Shown in pieces: positions 18,319-27,580 of a DNA stretch of 64,000 nt. Source of the stretch: Clostridia bacterium (GTDB taxonomy: Bacteria; Bacillota; Clostridia; Oscillospirales; CAG-272). Both the position numbers and the translations under genes were made by a program. Location of the stretch: contig JAFURQ010000007.1 in the NCBI GenBank assembly GCA_017471825.1, forward strand, positions 28,036 to 92,035, read 5' to 3'. The notes beneath the pieces were generated by a model, which saw nothing but the letters and a program-made list of their open reading frames with translations, did not search any database and was not told the origin of the DNA. The first letter of the stretch is position 1; each line of letters begins with the position of its first letter.

Positions 18319-19554
18319 ATGAAAACAAGGATTACGGCTATTTTATTGACGGTTTGCCTTTTGTTCTCCGCGGTTTCCCTTACCTCGTGCGTTATGCTGG
18401 AGGACGGGATATTCTCGGGAGATACAAGTGGGGGCGGTGACATAAATCAAAACGTAACCGTAGAGGGCGGCGACAGCTATGACGTAACCATAGAAAACCC
18501 TGCCACATCAAACGTGGTGGCGGCGAGCAAGGCTATGCTCAGTGCTGTAAGCGTTGTCGCGACCTTTCAGGGACAGAGCTCGGGAATTTTCGGCACGTCG
18601 TCATCCTCGGCGGCGAGCGGCTCGGGAGTTATTTACAGGCTCAACAAGGAGATGGGAGAGGCGTATATCCTCACCAATCATCACGTTGTTTACGATTCTG
18701 CGTACGGAATCAGCAAGAATATTGACGTTTACCTGTACGGTCAGGAGGCGGAGAATTACGAGCTTAATGCGACCTACGTCGGCGGCTCTCTTTACTACGA
18801 CCTCGCGGTGCTGAAGGTTACGGGAAGCACGGTTCTGATGAGCAGTAATGCGGTTGCCGCGACCTTTGCCGATTCTGACAAGCTCGCCGTGCTTGACACG
18901 GTTATAGCGGTTGGAAACGCGGAGGGCAACGGAATTTCCGCGACGGTCGGCTACGTCAATGTCGACAGCGAATACATCGAGATGCTCGGCGCAGATGAGA
19001 AAACGCAGATTACTCTGCGCGTTATCAGAACCGATGCGGCGGTAAACCCGGGCAACTCGGGCGGCGGACTTTTCAACACGAGCGGAGAGGTTGTGGGTAT
19101 AGTTAACGCAAAGAGCGCTGACGATTCGATTGACAATATCGGCTTCGCAATCCCATCAAACGTGGCAAAAAGCATAGCCGAAAACATAATCTACTACTGC
19201 GACGGAACGAACAAGACCAACGTATACAGGTGCCTCTTGGGTATAGAGGTTACCTCGCAGAACTACCGCACCGAATACGACCTCGAAACAGGTAAGATAT
19301 ATAAGTTAGAGGACGTTGTAGTTCATTCCACCACCGCAGGCAGTGCCGCGGCAGAGGTGCTCAAGGTCGGCGACATCATACGCTCGATAAGCGTCGACGG
19401 CAAGGTTACCGAGGTGACAAGACGGCACCACGTTGTTGACTGTATGCTCGATGCACGCGCCGGCTCAACCATTGTATTCACGCTTGTGCGCGACGGAGTC
19501 GAGGTTTCGGCTACGATAACCGCGACGTCGGATATGCTCAAGGCTTACAGCTAA
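18319..19554 (+). CDS. htrA: HtrA/DegP-type serine protease (trypsin + PDZ), lipoprotein
   Basis: LTSC lipobox; GSGVIY, LTNHHVV, DLAVLKV, TDAAVNPGNSGGGL; C-terminal PDZ. Confidence 0.9.
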   Translation: MKTRITAILLTVCLLFSAVSLTSCVMLEDGIFSGDTSGGGDINQNVTVEGGDSYDVTIENPATSNVVAASKAMLSAVSVVATFQGQSSGIFGTSSSSAASGSGVIYRLNKEMGEAYILTNHHVVYDSAYGISKNIDVYLYGQEAENYELNATYVGGSLYYDLAVLKVTGSTVLMSSNAVAATFADSDKLAVLDTVIAVGNAEGNGISATVGYVNVDSEYIEMLGADEKTQITLRVIRTDAAVNPGNSGGGLFNTSGEVVGIVNAKSADDSIDNIGFAIPSNVAKSIAENIIYYCDGTNKTNVYRCLLGIEVTSQNYRTEYDLETGKIYKLEDVVVHSTTAGSAAAEVLKVGDIIRSISVDGKVTEVTRRHHVVDCMLDARAGSTIVFTLVRDGVEVSATITATSDMLKAYS

Positions 19555-19566
19555 AAATGAAAATGA

Positions 19567-19598
19567 AAAAAGAAGCGCTCACACGAGCGCTTCTTTTT
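19567..19598. terminator. Bidirectional terminator between htrA and rlmL-like gene
   Basis: AAAAAGAAGCGCTC-acac-GAGCGCTTCTTTTT. Confidence 0.85.
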
Positions 19599-20716
19599 TA
19601 TTTATTCTTGAAAAATTGGTACAGGTAGCACGGTATCATACCGTTATAGAGCTTTCTCACCTTATCGGCGCGCTTGCCGTAGAGGCGCTCGAAGGAGGGG
19701 TGGGAGGTGATGATATAGACCTGCCACGGTGCGAGGGAGCGAAAATGCTCGCCGATTTCGCGATAGAGGGCTTCGACCGAGCGAAGACTGCCGAGGCGCT
19801 CGCCGTAGGGCGGGTTGGTGACTATGGTGCCGCGCCTGCCGTCAGCGGTGATTTTCCGACAGTCACGGACGAAGGGGCGGACTATATCAGACACGCCTGC
19901 AAGGCGCGAATTCTTCTCCGTCAGGGCGATACAATCAGGGTCGATATCCGAGGCGAAAACCTCGAATTTCGTTACACGCTCCCCATCCTTTGCCTCCTCG
20001 CGAGCCGACCGCCATATAGAATCCGAGATAAACGGGAAGGTCTCTGCGGCGAAGTGGCGGTGGACGCCGGGGGCGATGTTTTTCATAAGCATTGCCGCTT
20101 CGATAGCGATGGTGCCCGAGCCGCACATGGGATCCCAGAGGAGAACCTCCTCACGCGGTCTTGAGGTTTTCGCGATAGCGGCGGCGAGGGTTTCTCTGAT
20201 TGGGGCGGCGTTGGAATCGCGGCGGTAGCCGCGCTTATGAAGCGCGACGCCCGAGGTGTCTATCATAAGGGTGGCGACGTCGTTCAGTATGAAAAATTCT
20301 ATCTGATATTTCACGCCCTCCTCGGAGAAAATGGATATACCGTATTTTTCGCCAAGCGAGCGGACGACCGCCTTTTTCACTATTTTCTGACAGTCGGGAA
20401 TGGAGGTGAGCTTTGACTTTATGGAGTGTCCCTTCACGGGGAAGGCGTCGTTTTTGCCTACAAAATCGCTCCACGGGAGCGCACGGGTGCCCTCAAAAAG
20501 CTCGTCAAAGGTGGATGCAGGAAATGAGCCGAGCTTTATAAACACTCTCTCGGCATAGCGAAGAAAGATGTTGGAAAGCGCGACAGCCTCCTCGTCACCG
20601 AGGAAGGTCACTCTGCCGTCTATTGTGGATATTCTCTCATAGCCGAGAGCATCTATTTCCTCACCGAGAAGGTGCTCAAGGCCGAAAAGACAGGTAGCTA
20701 CAAGCTGAATTTTCAT
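19598..20716 (-). CDS. THUMP-domain 23S rRNA methyltransferase (RlmL/YpsC-like)
   Basis: IDTSGVALHKRGYR, APIRETLAAA, DPMCGSGTIAIEAA, TNPPYGERL. Confidence 0.92.
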   Translation of the reverse strand: MKIQLVATCLFGLEHLLGEEIDALGYERISTIDGRVTFLGDEEAVALSNIFLRYAERVFIKLGSFPASTFDELFEGTRALPWSDFVGKNDAFPVKGHSIKSKLTSIPDCQKIVKKAVVRSLGEKYGISIFSEEGVKYQIEFFILNDVATLMIDTSGVALHKRGYRRDSNAAPIRETLAAAIAKTSRPREEVLLWDPMCGSGTIAIEAAMLMKNIAPGVHRHFAAETFPFISDSIWRSAREEAKDGERVTKFEVFASDIDPDCIALTEKNSRLAGVSDIVRPFVRDCRKITADGRRGTIVTNPPYGERLGSLRSVEALYREIGEHFRSLAPWQVYIITSHPSFERLYGKRADKVRKLYNGMIPCYLYQFFKNK

Positions 20717-20727
20717 TGTTTATTCCT

Positions 20728-21567
20728 TTATTTAAGCTCTGATTCGTAGTTTTCAAAGATAAAGCCTGTGAAGCCGTGCTCCGCCGCCTGCCTCTCCTCC
20801 TCTGCCGAGCGAAGCGTCCAGCAGAAAAGCGGAGTTTTGCTGAAGAAGAATCTTACAAGGCTGATGGCGGCATTGCGCCACTCGGAGTGATTGTAGGCTA
20901 TAAAATCGGGGCGGCAGCGGAAGTTCAGGAGCATATTCTGAAGCGCGAAATACATAATTTTTCTGTATTTCTTTTCCCTCAGGTAATTGGTACAGAGAAG
21001 TCCTGTGGGAATACCGGGGACAAGCTGTCTGAAACGGGTGATGGAGAGAGGATTGAAGGACTCAACTATGTATTCTCCGTCGTAATCTGCCAAAATTTCA
21101 GCCGCTTTTTCGGTTACGCCGTATTTATATGCGTCCTCCTTGATTTCGACGAGCAACGGCACTCTGCCGCCGACAAGCTCCAGCACCTCACGGAAGGTGG
21201 GGATACCGTCGTTTGTGCCGCAAAGCTTGATTTCGGCGAGCTCGGCGGCGGTTTTGGAATCCACCCTGCCCTCTTCCTCGGTTACGCGCTCGAGGGTATC
21301 GTCGTGGAACACGACGAGCTCGCCGTCCAACGAGAGTCTAATATCAAGCTCGATACCGTAGCCTGCCTCAACTGCAGCGGCGAAGGCGGACATAGAGTTT
21401 TCCGCTCTTTCGGCGTTATGAAGTCCTCTGTGGGCGAATTTTGCGCCCTTATATTTTTTCATTTCCTCTCTTTTTTTCTTGCTTGGCATTATAATCATAA
21501 GATATGCAAAGAATAACACAGAAAGGGAGAGTAGAACGATGGAGCAAACGATAAGTGCAGTTTTCAT
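20728..21567 (-). CDS. Glycerophosphodiester phosphodiesterase, N-terminal membrane anchor
   Basis: FAHRGL..ENSMSAF, GIELDIRLSLDGELVVFHD, LLVEIK; start MKTALIV after GGAGG. Confidence 0.9.
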   Translation of the reverse strand: MKTALIVCSIVLLSLSVLFFAYLMIIMPSKKKREEMKKYKGAKFAHRGLHNAERAENSMSAFAAAVEAGYGIELDIRLSLDGELVVFHDDTLERVTEEEGRVDSKTAAELAEIKLCGTNDGIPTFREVLELVGGRVPLLVEIKEDAYKYGVTEKAAEILADYDGEYIVESFNPLSITRFRQLVPGIPTGLLCTNYLREKKYRKIMYFALQNMLLNFRCRPDFIAYNHSEWRNAAISLVRFFFSKTPLFCWTLRSAEEERQAAEHGFTGFIFENYESELK

Positions 21568-21639
21568 TTTTTTCCTCCGGAAAGTAAAATACACGAATAT
21601 TTTAACACACGCGCGTAGGATTTGTCAATATCGGTATGC

Positions 21640-21668
21640 TTGACTTTTTGTGTGGCAGGCTGTATAAT
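21640..21668 (+). promoter_or_regulatory. Sigma-A promoter of ribF-prmA-rsmE
   Basis: TTGACT-17 nt-TATAAT. Confidence 0.7.
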
Positions 21669-21700
21669 ATATAAAAATGCAAGCTCGGGAGGTGAACGCC

Positions 21701-22606
21701 GTGAAAATTTATAATTATCGTACAGATATGCCGCGACTCGACGGCGAGCGCGTGATGGCACTCGGCTTCTTTGACGGTGTGCATATCGGGCACAGGCGCC
21801 TTCTCGACGTGGCGAGGCGCGAGGCGCGAGAGAAAAATCTCACCTTCTCGGTATTCACCTTTGCCGATTCGAGCGAGATAAAACGCGACACGGGTAGGCT
21901 CTATTCGGACAGAGAGCGTTTCTTTCTGATAGAGGAATGCGGTGCTGACGAGATAGTTGTGGCAGGCTTTGACGATATGAAAAACCTCGCACCCGAGAGC
22001 TTTGCCAAGGATTTTCTGTGTGGCGTTTGCTCCTGTCGGGTGGCCATAACCGGCAAGGACTTCCGCTTCGGCAAGGGGGCTACGGCAGATGCCGATGCCC
22101 TGGCGGCTCTTATGAAGGAGTCGGGCGGCAAGGCAATTGCGATAGACGACGTAATGCTGTACTCAAAAAAGGTATCGACCACCGCGATAAAGGAATACCT
22201 TAAGGTCGGAGATACAGTCCGCGCAAATGAAATGCTCGGCGCACCCTATTTCATCAGGGCGGAGGTTGAGCACGGCAGGAGCGTTGGAAAAACGCTCGGA
22301 TTCCCCACCCTCAACTGCAATCTCGAAAGCAGGCGTGGGATATTGCGACGCGGTGTGTACCGCTCAAGCGTGATAATCGGCGGCAAATGCTACGATGCGC
22401 TGACGAACGTCGGCACCTGCCCAACCTTCTCTGAAAGAGAGGAGCACGCGGAAACCTATATCCTCGATTTCAAGGGGGAGCTTTACGGTGAAGAGGTGCG
22501 CATAAATTTGTTAAAATTTTTGAGAGATGAAATGCAATTTTCGAGCGAAAATGAGCTGAAAATGCAAATAAATATTGACATAAACAGGGTTAAAAACCAC
22601 AAATAA
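21701..22606 (+). CDS. ribF: Bifunctional riboflavin kinase/FAD synthetase
   Basis: ALGFFDGVHIGH, GKDFRFG, VSTTAIK, LGFPTLN, GVY, NVGTCPT; GTG start after GGAGGTG. Confidence 0.93.
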   Translation: MKIYNYRTDMPRLDGERVMALGFFDGVHIGHRRLLDVARREAREKNLTFSVFTFADSSEIKRDTGRLYSDRERFFLIEECGADEIVVAGFDDMKNLAPESFAKDFLCGVCSCRVAITGKDFRFGKGATADADALAALMKESGGKAIAIDDVMLYSKKVSTTAIKEYLKVGDTVRANEMLGAPYFIRAEVEHGRSVGKTLGFPTLNCNLESRRGILRRGVYRSSVIIGGKCYDALTNVGTCPTFSEREEHAETYILDFKGELYGEEVRINLLKFLRDEMQFSSENELKMQINIDINRVKNHK

Positions 22607-22629
22607 CATTGAATTGGAGATACAAAAAA

Positions 22630-23547
22630 ATGGGCGCTTGGACAAAGCTTACGGCACACGGAAGAGTTGACAGACTCGACGACATTTGCGCGGTTATGAG
22701 CATGCTTGATAACGGGCTTATGATAGAGGATTTTTCGGATTTTTCGCTGAATGGAGTTTACGGCGAGCTGGTTGACGAATCCATACTGAATGCAGACAAG
22801 GAGGCGGTCAGGGTTTCTATTTTCGTGCCTGCGGAAAAGAGCCTTGCGGAAGCGAGAGCCTTTCTTACGGAGAGATTCACCACTCTCGGAATTGACGCCA
22901 CCATCACGGCAGACGGAGTCAACGAGGAGGATTGGGCGCAGAGCTGGAAGCAATATTACAAGCCGATACCGTTAGGACGCGTAACTATCGTGCCTGCGTG
23001 GGAGAGCTACGAGGCGAGCGAGGGCGAAATTCTCATAAGAATGGATCCCGGTATGGCGTTCGGAACGGGAACGCACGAGACCACAAGACTCGTTATGCTT
23101 ATGATGCAGGAGGAGGATCTTGTCGGCAAGAGATTTCTCGATATGGGTACGGGCTCGGGCATTCTGTCGATTTGTGCATCGAAGCTTGGCGCAAAGAGCT
23201 GTAACGCATACGACATCGACCCCGTTGCCGTCAAGGTGGCGCGCGAGAATGCAAAGGACGACGGCTGTGACAACATAACCGTTGGCGTTTCCGACCTTTT
23301 GCTCGGAGTTGATCTTGCCTGCGGAAAATACGATTTCTGCGTTGCAAACATAGTTGCCGACGTAATTATCAGAATGCTCCCCGACCTTGATAAATACGTC
23401 AAGGCAGAGGCGCCGATAATTCTCTCGGGAATTATCTCAATGAGAGCCGACGAGGTTCGCGCGGCGATAGCGGAAAACGGATATGCCGTGATAAAGGAAA
23501 TTCAGGAAAACGACTGGCTTGCAATAATGGTAAAGAAGGCGGTTTAA
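22630..23547 (+). CDS. prmA: Ribosomal protein L11 methyltransferase
   Basis: EEDWAQSWKQYYKP, DPGMAFGTGTHETT, LDMGTGSGILS, ANIVA. Confidence 0.95.
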   Translation: MGAWTKLTAHGRVDRLDDICAVMSMLDNGLMIEDFSDFSLNGVYGELVDESILNADKEAVRVSIFVPAEKSLAEARAFLTERFTTLGIDATITADGVNEEDWAQSWKQYYKPIPLGRVTIVPAWESYEASEGEILIRMDPGMAFGTGTHETTRLVMLMMQEEDLVGKRFLDMGTGSGILSICASKLGAKSCNAYDIDPVAVKVARENAKDDGCDNITVGVSDLLLGVDLACGKYDFCVANIVADVIIRMLPDLDKYVKAEAPIILSGIISMRADEVRAAIAENGYAVIKEIQENDWLAIMVKKAV

Positions 23548-23550
23548 ATT

Positions 23551-24285
23551 ATGCCGAGATTTTTTGTTTCGTCGGACGGAATTGAAGAAAATACAATAAA
23601 AATCAAGGGCGACGATGCCTTTCACATTGCGCGCTCACTGCGTATGGCAGAGGGTGATGCAATCACCGTTTGCGATATGCACGGGCGTGAGCACTCCTGC
23701 ACTCTTACCAGAATACGCGACGACGAGTGCGAGTGCCTTATTCTCGAAACGCGCGAGGGAAACACCGAGCCGCCCGTACATATAACGCTGTATATGGCGT
23801 ATCCGAAGGGGGATAAGCTGGAGACCGTGGTTCAGAAGGCGGTGGAGCTCGGTGCTTCGAGGATAGTGCCGTTTGAGTCGTCGCGCTGTATAAAGCGGCC
23901 GAAGGCGGAAAAGGCGGAGAAAAACACCGCAAGGCTCACAAGAATCGCCGAGGAGGCGGCAAAGCAATGCGGGCGCTCACGCCTGCCCGAGATTTGCCCG
24001 CCGACAGACTTCGGCGGTATGCTCGCGGATGCCGCGCGGGCGGAGCTTGCGCTATTCTGCTACGAGGGTGACGGAACACTCTCTATTAAAGATATATTAA
24101 AGGAAGAAAAAATTCCCGAGAGCATCGCTGTTATCGTAGGCTGTGAGGGCGGCTTCTCGCTTGATGAGGCGGAGGCGGCAAGGGCGGCAGGCTGCAGGCT
24201 TACGGGGCTTGGTGTGCGGATACTCCGCTGCGAAACCGCGCCCACCTATGCACTCACCGCAATCAGCTACCGATATGAGCTATAA
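23551..24285 (+). CDS. rsmE: 16S rRNA m3U1498 methyltransferase
   Basis: HIARSLRM, KAVELG, EAAKQCGR, GCEGGFS, LGVRILRCETA. Confidence 0.95.
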   Translation: MPRFFVSSDGIEENTIKIKGDDAFHIARSLRMAEGDAITVCDMHGREHSCTLTRIRDDECECLILETREGNTEPPVHITLYMAYPKGDKLETVVQKAVELGASRIVPFESSRCIKRPKAEKAEKNTARLTRIAEEAAKQCGRSRLPEICPPTDFGGMLADAARAELALFCYEGDGTLSIKDILKEEKIPESIAVIVGCEGGFSLDEAEAARAAGCRLTGLGVRILRCETAPTYALTAISYRYEL

Positions 24286-24539
24286 CTGTTATTTTTTGGT
24301 AAAAAATAGGTAAGTAAAGTTAAAATACACAAAAAGTTGTAAATTTTTTTGTATATTCCGTAATTATTTTTGAAAAAACTATTGAAAAATATCAAAAAAT
24401 AGGTTAAAATATAGTACAGTATAAACAAAACCGCTTTATGAATGCGCGGTTTTCAGAGCAAAAGGAGCCTTTACCGCAAAAAACTAAGGGCTTTTTTTGT
24501 GTCCGAGCTAAATAACAATCAGAATTTTTGGAGGTTTTT

Positions 24540-25625
24540 ATGTCCAACCGACTTTTCCAGACGATCATTCATCAGATGAAGGATGTCGTCGGACGCACGA
24601 TCGGCGTAATAGATGAAAACGGTATTATCATTGCATCCAGCGAGCTTGGAAAGATTGGCGAGTCCAGACAGAGAATCAAGGACGAGCTCCCCTACTCCTC
24701 CGACTCTATGGTGCTTGAGGGTTATACATACCGTTTTATCGGTGCGGCGGAAAAATTCGAGTGCATCGCCTTCGTTGAGGGCAACGATGCTCACGCGGCA
24801 AAAATGTGCCAGCTTATTTCCATTGCACTTGGCAACATAAAGAGTCTTTACGATGAAAAATATGACAAGGGCTCGTTCATCAAGAACATTATTCTTGACA
24901 ACATTCTCCCGAGTGATATTTACATCAAATCCAACGAGCTTCATTTCAACAGTGAGGAGAAGCGCGCGGTTATCGTTATAAAGTTCCAGGGCTCTGCTAC
25001 CACCCCTCCCTACGAGGTAATTCAGGGCATAGTAACCGACAAGACGAAGGATTACGTTATCAGCATCAGCGAGCAGGATATCGTTGTTGTCAAGGAGGTC
25101 GAGGAGGACACCACTCCCGAGGACCTTGAGGCGTTTGCACAGGGAATGCTCAAGACCGCAAGCGAGGCAAGCGGAACGAAGCTCCTTATCGGTATTTCAT
25201 CTATCGTTGACAATCTTAAGGATCTTGCAAGGGCATACAAGGAGGCTAAAATCTCTCTTGAGGTTGGAAAGGTTTTTGATATAGAAAAGCCCGTTATGTC
25301 GTACGAAAACCTCGGCATAGGCAGACTTATATACCAGCTTCCCACCACTCTTTGCGAAATCTTCCTTCAGGAAGTGTTCAAGCGCGGCTCTCTCGATTCT
25401 CTCGACAGAGAAACGCTTATGACCGTACAGTCCTTCTTTGAGAACAACCTCAACGTTTCCGAAACGTCGAGAAAGCTTTTCGTTCACAGAAACACCCTTG
25501 TTTACAGACTTGAGAAGATAAGAAAGCTCACAGGTCTTGACCTGCGCGAGTTTGATCACGCGGTTACCTTCAAGGTTGCGCTGATGGTTAAAAAATATCT
25601 CACCAGCAAGCCTACAAAGTTCTGA
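24540..25625 (+). CDS. CdaR/PucR-family transcriptional regulator
   Basis: N-terminal sugar-diacid-recognition-like 'IGVIDENGIIIAS'; C-terminal 'FFENNLNVSETSRKLFVHRNTLVYRLEKI' HTH. Confidence 0.9.
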   Translation: MSNRLFQTIIHQMKDVVGRTIGVIDENGIIIASSELGKIGESRQRIKDELPYSSDSMVLEGYTYRFIGAAEKFECIAFVEGNDAHAAKMCQLISIALGNIKSLYDEKYDKGSFIKNIILDNILPSDIYIKSNELHFNSEEKRAVIVIKFQGSATTPPYEVIQGIVTDKTKDYVISISEQDIVVVKEVEEDTTPEDLEAFAQGMLKTASEASGTKLLIGISSIVDNLKDLARAYKEAKISLEVGKVFDIEKPVMSYENLGIGRLIYQLPTTLCEIFLQEVFKRGSLDSLDRETLMTVQSFFENNLNVSETSRKLFVHRNTLVYRLEKIRKLTGLDLREFDHAVTFKVALMVKKYLTSKPTKF

Positions 25626-25740
25626 TAAAGACAAATTTCGCGCCTCGAAAGAGGTAAAATACATATACTGAAGTTTTATATAACTTTACCCTGCGGATAG
25701 TATCGGCAGGGTAAACTATTGCAGAAAAGAGATCGATTCG

Positions 25741-27060
25741 ATGAAAAGAACAAACAAACGGTGGCTCGCGTCACCTTTGCTTCTCCTTCTGTCTATACTG
25801 CTTGTAATATCACTGACAGGCTGCTCTACGGCGGGCAGCAAAACCGTTTATTCCAAGGAAGAGCTTGCAGAAAACGTTACACGGGGTGCCACCGATTGCG
25901 ATTCTGTTGCAGAATTCCTGGACGAATGGGACTTTCCCCGCTTTTCCGAGAGAAAGGTAAACCAAGCGGAATCAATCCTGCAAAAGAGATACTACCTTGA
26001 GCTTCCGACCACCGAGGAGCTTGCCGAGATGACGGCGCGGGGCTTCCTTGAAAATTACTATGATAAAATAGACCTCACGAGCGAGGACGCTGTCACGGAC
26101 GCGTTAATTTATTCTTACGTGGATTCAATCGGCGACGTGTACACGGTTTATCGCACGGCAGAGGAATACGAGAGCTACTCCTCCGGACTTAGCGGCAGCT
26201 TTGTCGGAATCGGCGTTACGGTGACTTATAACGCGGACACCGCGGAAATGACGGTCATTGAGGTTATGGAGGGCGGCGGTGCCGAGGCGGCAGGCGTGCT
26301 CGTTGGCGACGTAATTATAGCGGTCGACGGCGAGAGAGTTGCTGACCTGGGATACGAAAATGCGGTGAATGCTGTGCGCGGCGAGAGCGGCACTGACGTG
26401 GTACTGACGGTCAAGCGCGGCGATGGCGAGGTTCATATCACTGCGACGAGAAAGGCAATAGAGGAAAAAACTGTTAAATATTCTTTGACCGACGGCATAG
26501 GATATATAAAAATCTCTGCATTTAAGCGCAACACGTACGGGCAATTCGTCGAGGCGGTTGATTATATGGAGCGCAACAATGCAAGGGGCGTTGTTTACGA
26601 CCTGCGAAACAACGGTGGCGGATACCTCTCCTCCGTTGTAAACGTTCTCTCCTACATTGCGCCGGAGGGAACCACTATTTCGACCTTTTCAAACAATTAC
26701 GGCGATGATGCGGTTGCGACGGGCGAGCACACGTTTCTCATACCGTCCGTGGTTTTGTGCAACAGCGGAACAGCCTCTGCGGGAGAGCTTTTCACCTCTG
26801 CGATCCGAGATTTCGGAGAAATGCGGCTGATGGAAAGCGCTGTTGTTGGCGAAAACACCTTTGGAAAAGGGATTATGCAATCCACCTTCTCTCTTTTTGA
26901 CGGTTCGTCAATAACGTTAACGGTTGCATATTACACCTCTCCGCTCGGAGAAAACTATCACGGTGTCGGCATAGAGCCGAGCCTGACGGTTGCGCCCGCG
27001 GCAGACGGTGACAATCAGCTTTCATCCGCGTATGAGACGGTTGAAAAATTAATTGATTAA
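25741..27060 (+). CDS. ctpA: S41 carboxy-terminal processing protease, lipoprotein
   Basis: LTGC lipobox; PDZ (FVGIGV), DLRNNGGG, TASAGELF, GENTFGKG. Confidence 0.9.
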   Translation: MKRTNKRWLASPLLLLLSILLVISLTGCSTAGSKTVYSKEELAENVTRGATDCDSVAEFLDEWDFPRFSERKVNQAESILQKRYYLELPTTEELAEMTARGFLENYYDKIDLTSEDAVTDALIYSYVDSIGDVYTVYRTAEEYESYSSGLSGSFVGIGVTVTYNADTAEMTVIEVMEGGGAEAAGVLVGDVIIAVDGERVADLGYENAVNAVRGESGTDVVLTVKRGDGEVHITATRKAIEEKTVKYSLTDGIGYIKISAFKRNTYGQFVEAVDYMERNNARGVVYDLRNNGGGYLSSVVNVLSYIAPEGTTISTFSNNYGDDAVATGEHTFLIPSVVLCNSGTASAGELFTSAIRDFGEMRLMESAVVGENTFGKGIMQSTFSLFDGSSITLTVAYYTSPLGENYHGVGIEPSLTVAPAADGDNQLSSAYETVEKLID

Positions 27061-27088
27061 AAAATAATTATATACAGGAGATAAGAAA

Positions 27089-27568
27089 ATGGAGATAAAG
27101 ACATACACCCCTCAAGGCTTTAAGGCGCTTCAGGATGAGCTTGACTACCTTGTGAACGTTCGCGTTGAGGAGAACAAAAAGGACATCTCGACCGCGCGCG
27201 CATTCGGCGACCTTTCCGAGAACAGCGAATACGACGAGGCAAAGGCTGAGCAGGGCAAAATTCACGCACGCATTGCAGAGCTTCGCGAAATGATAGCGCA
27301 CGCAAAGGTTATAGACGAATCTCAGATTGACGAATCGGTTGTCAGCGTTGGCTCTATTGTTGTTGTTTACAACGTTGAGCGCGCAAAGGAATTCACCTAT
27401 CACATCGTTGGCTCGTACGAGACCGACCCCGTAAACGGCAAAATTTCCGACTCCTCTCCCATTGGTGTCGCGCTTCTCGGTGCGAGAGCCGGCGACGAGG
27501 TCGTTGTAAGCGGAGTGAGAGAGCAGCACATTCAGGTTAAGAGCGTTTCAAGAGCTAAGGAAGCATAA
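27089..27568 (+). CDS. greA: Transcription elongation factor GreA
   Basis: ARAFGDLSENSEYDEAK, ISDSSPIGVALLG. Confidence 0.97.
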   Translation: MEIKTYTPQGFKALQDELDYLVNVRVEENKKDISTARAFGDLSENSEYDEAKAEQGKIHARIAELREMIAHAKVIDESQIDESVVSVGSIVVVYNVERAKEFTYHIVGSYETDPVNGKISDSSPIGVALLGARAGDEVVVSGVREQHIQVKSVSRAKEA

Positions 27569-27580
27569 AGGAGCTTTGAT

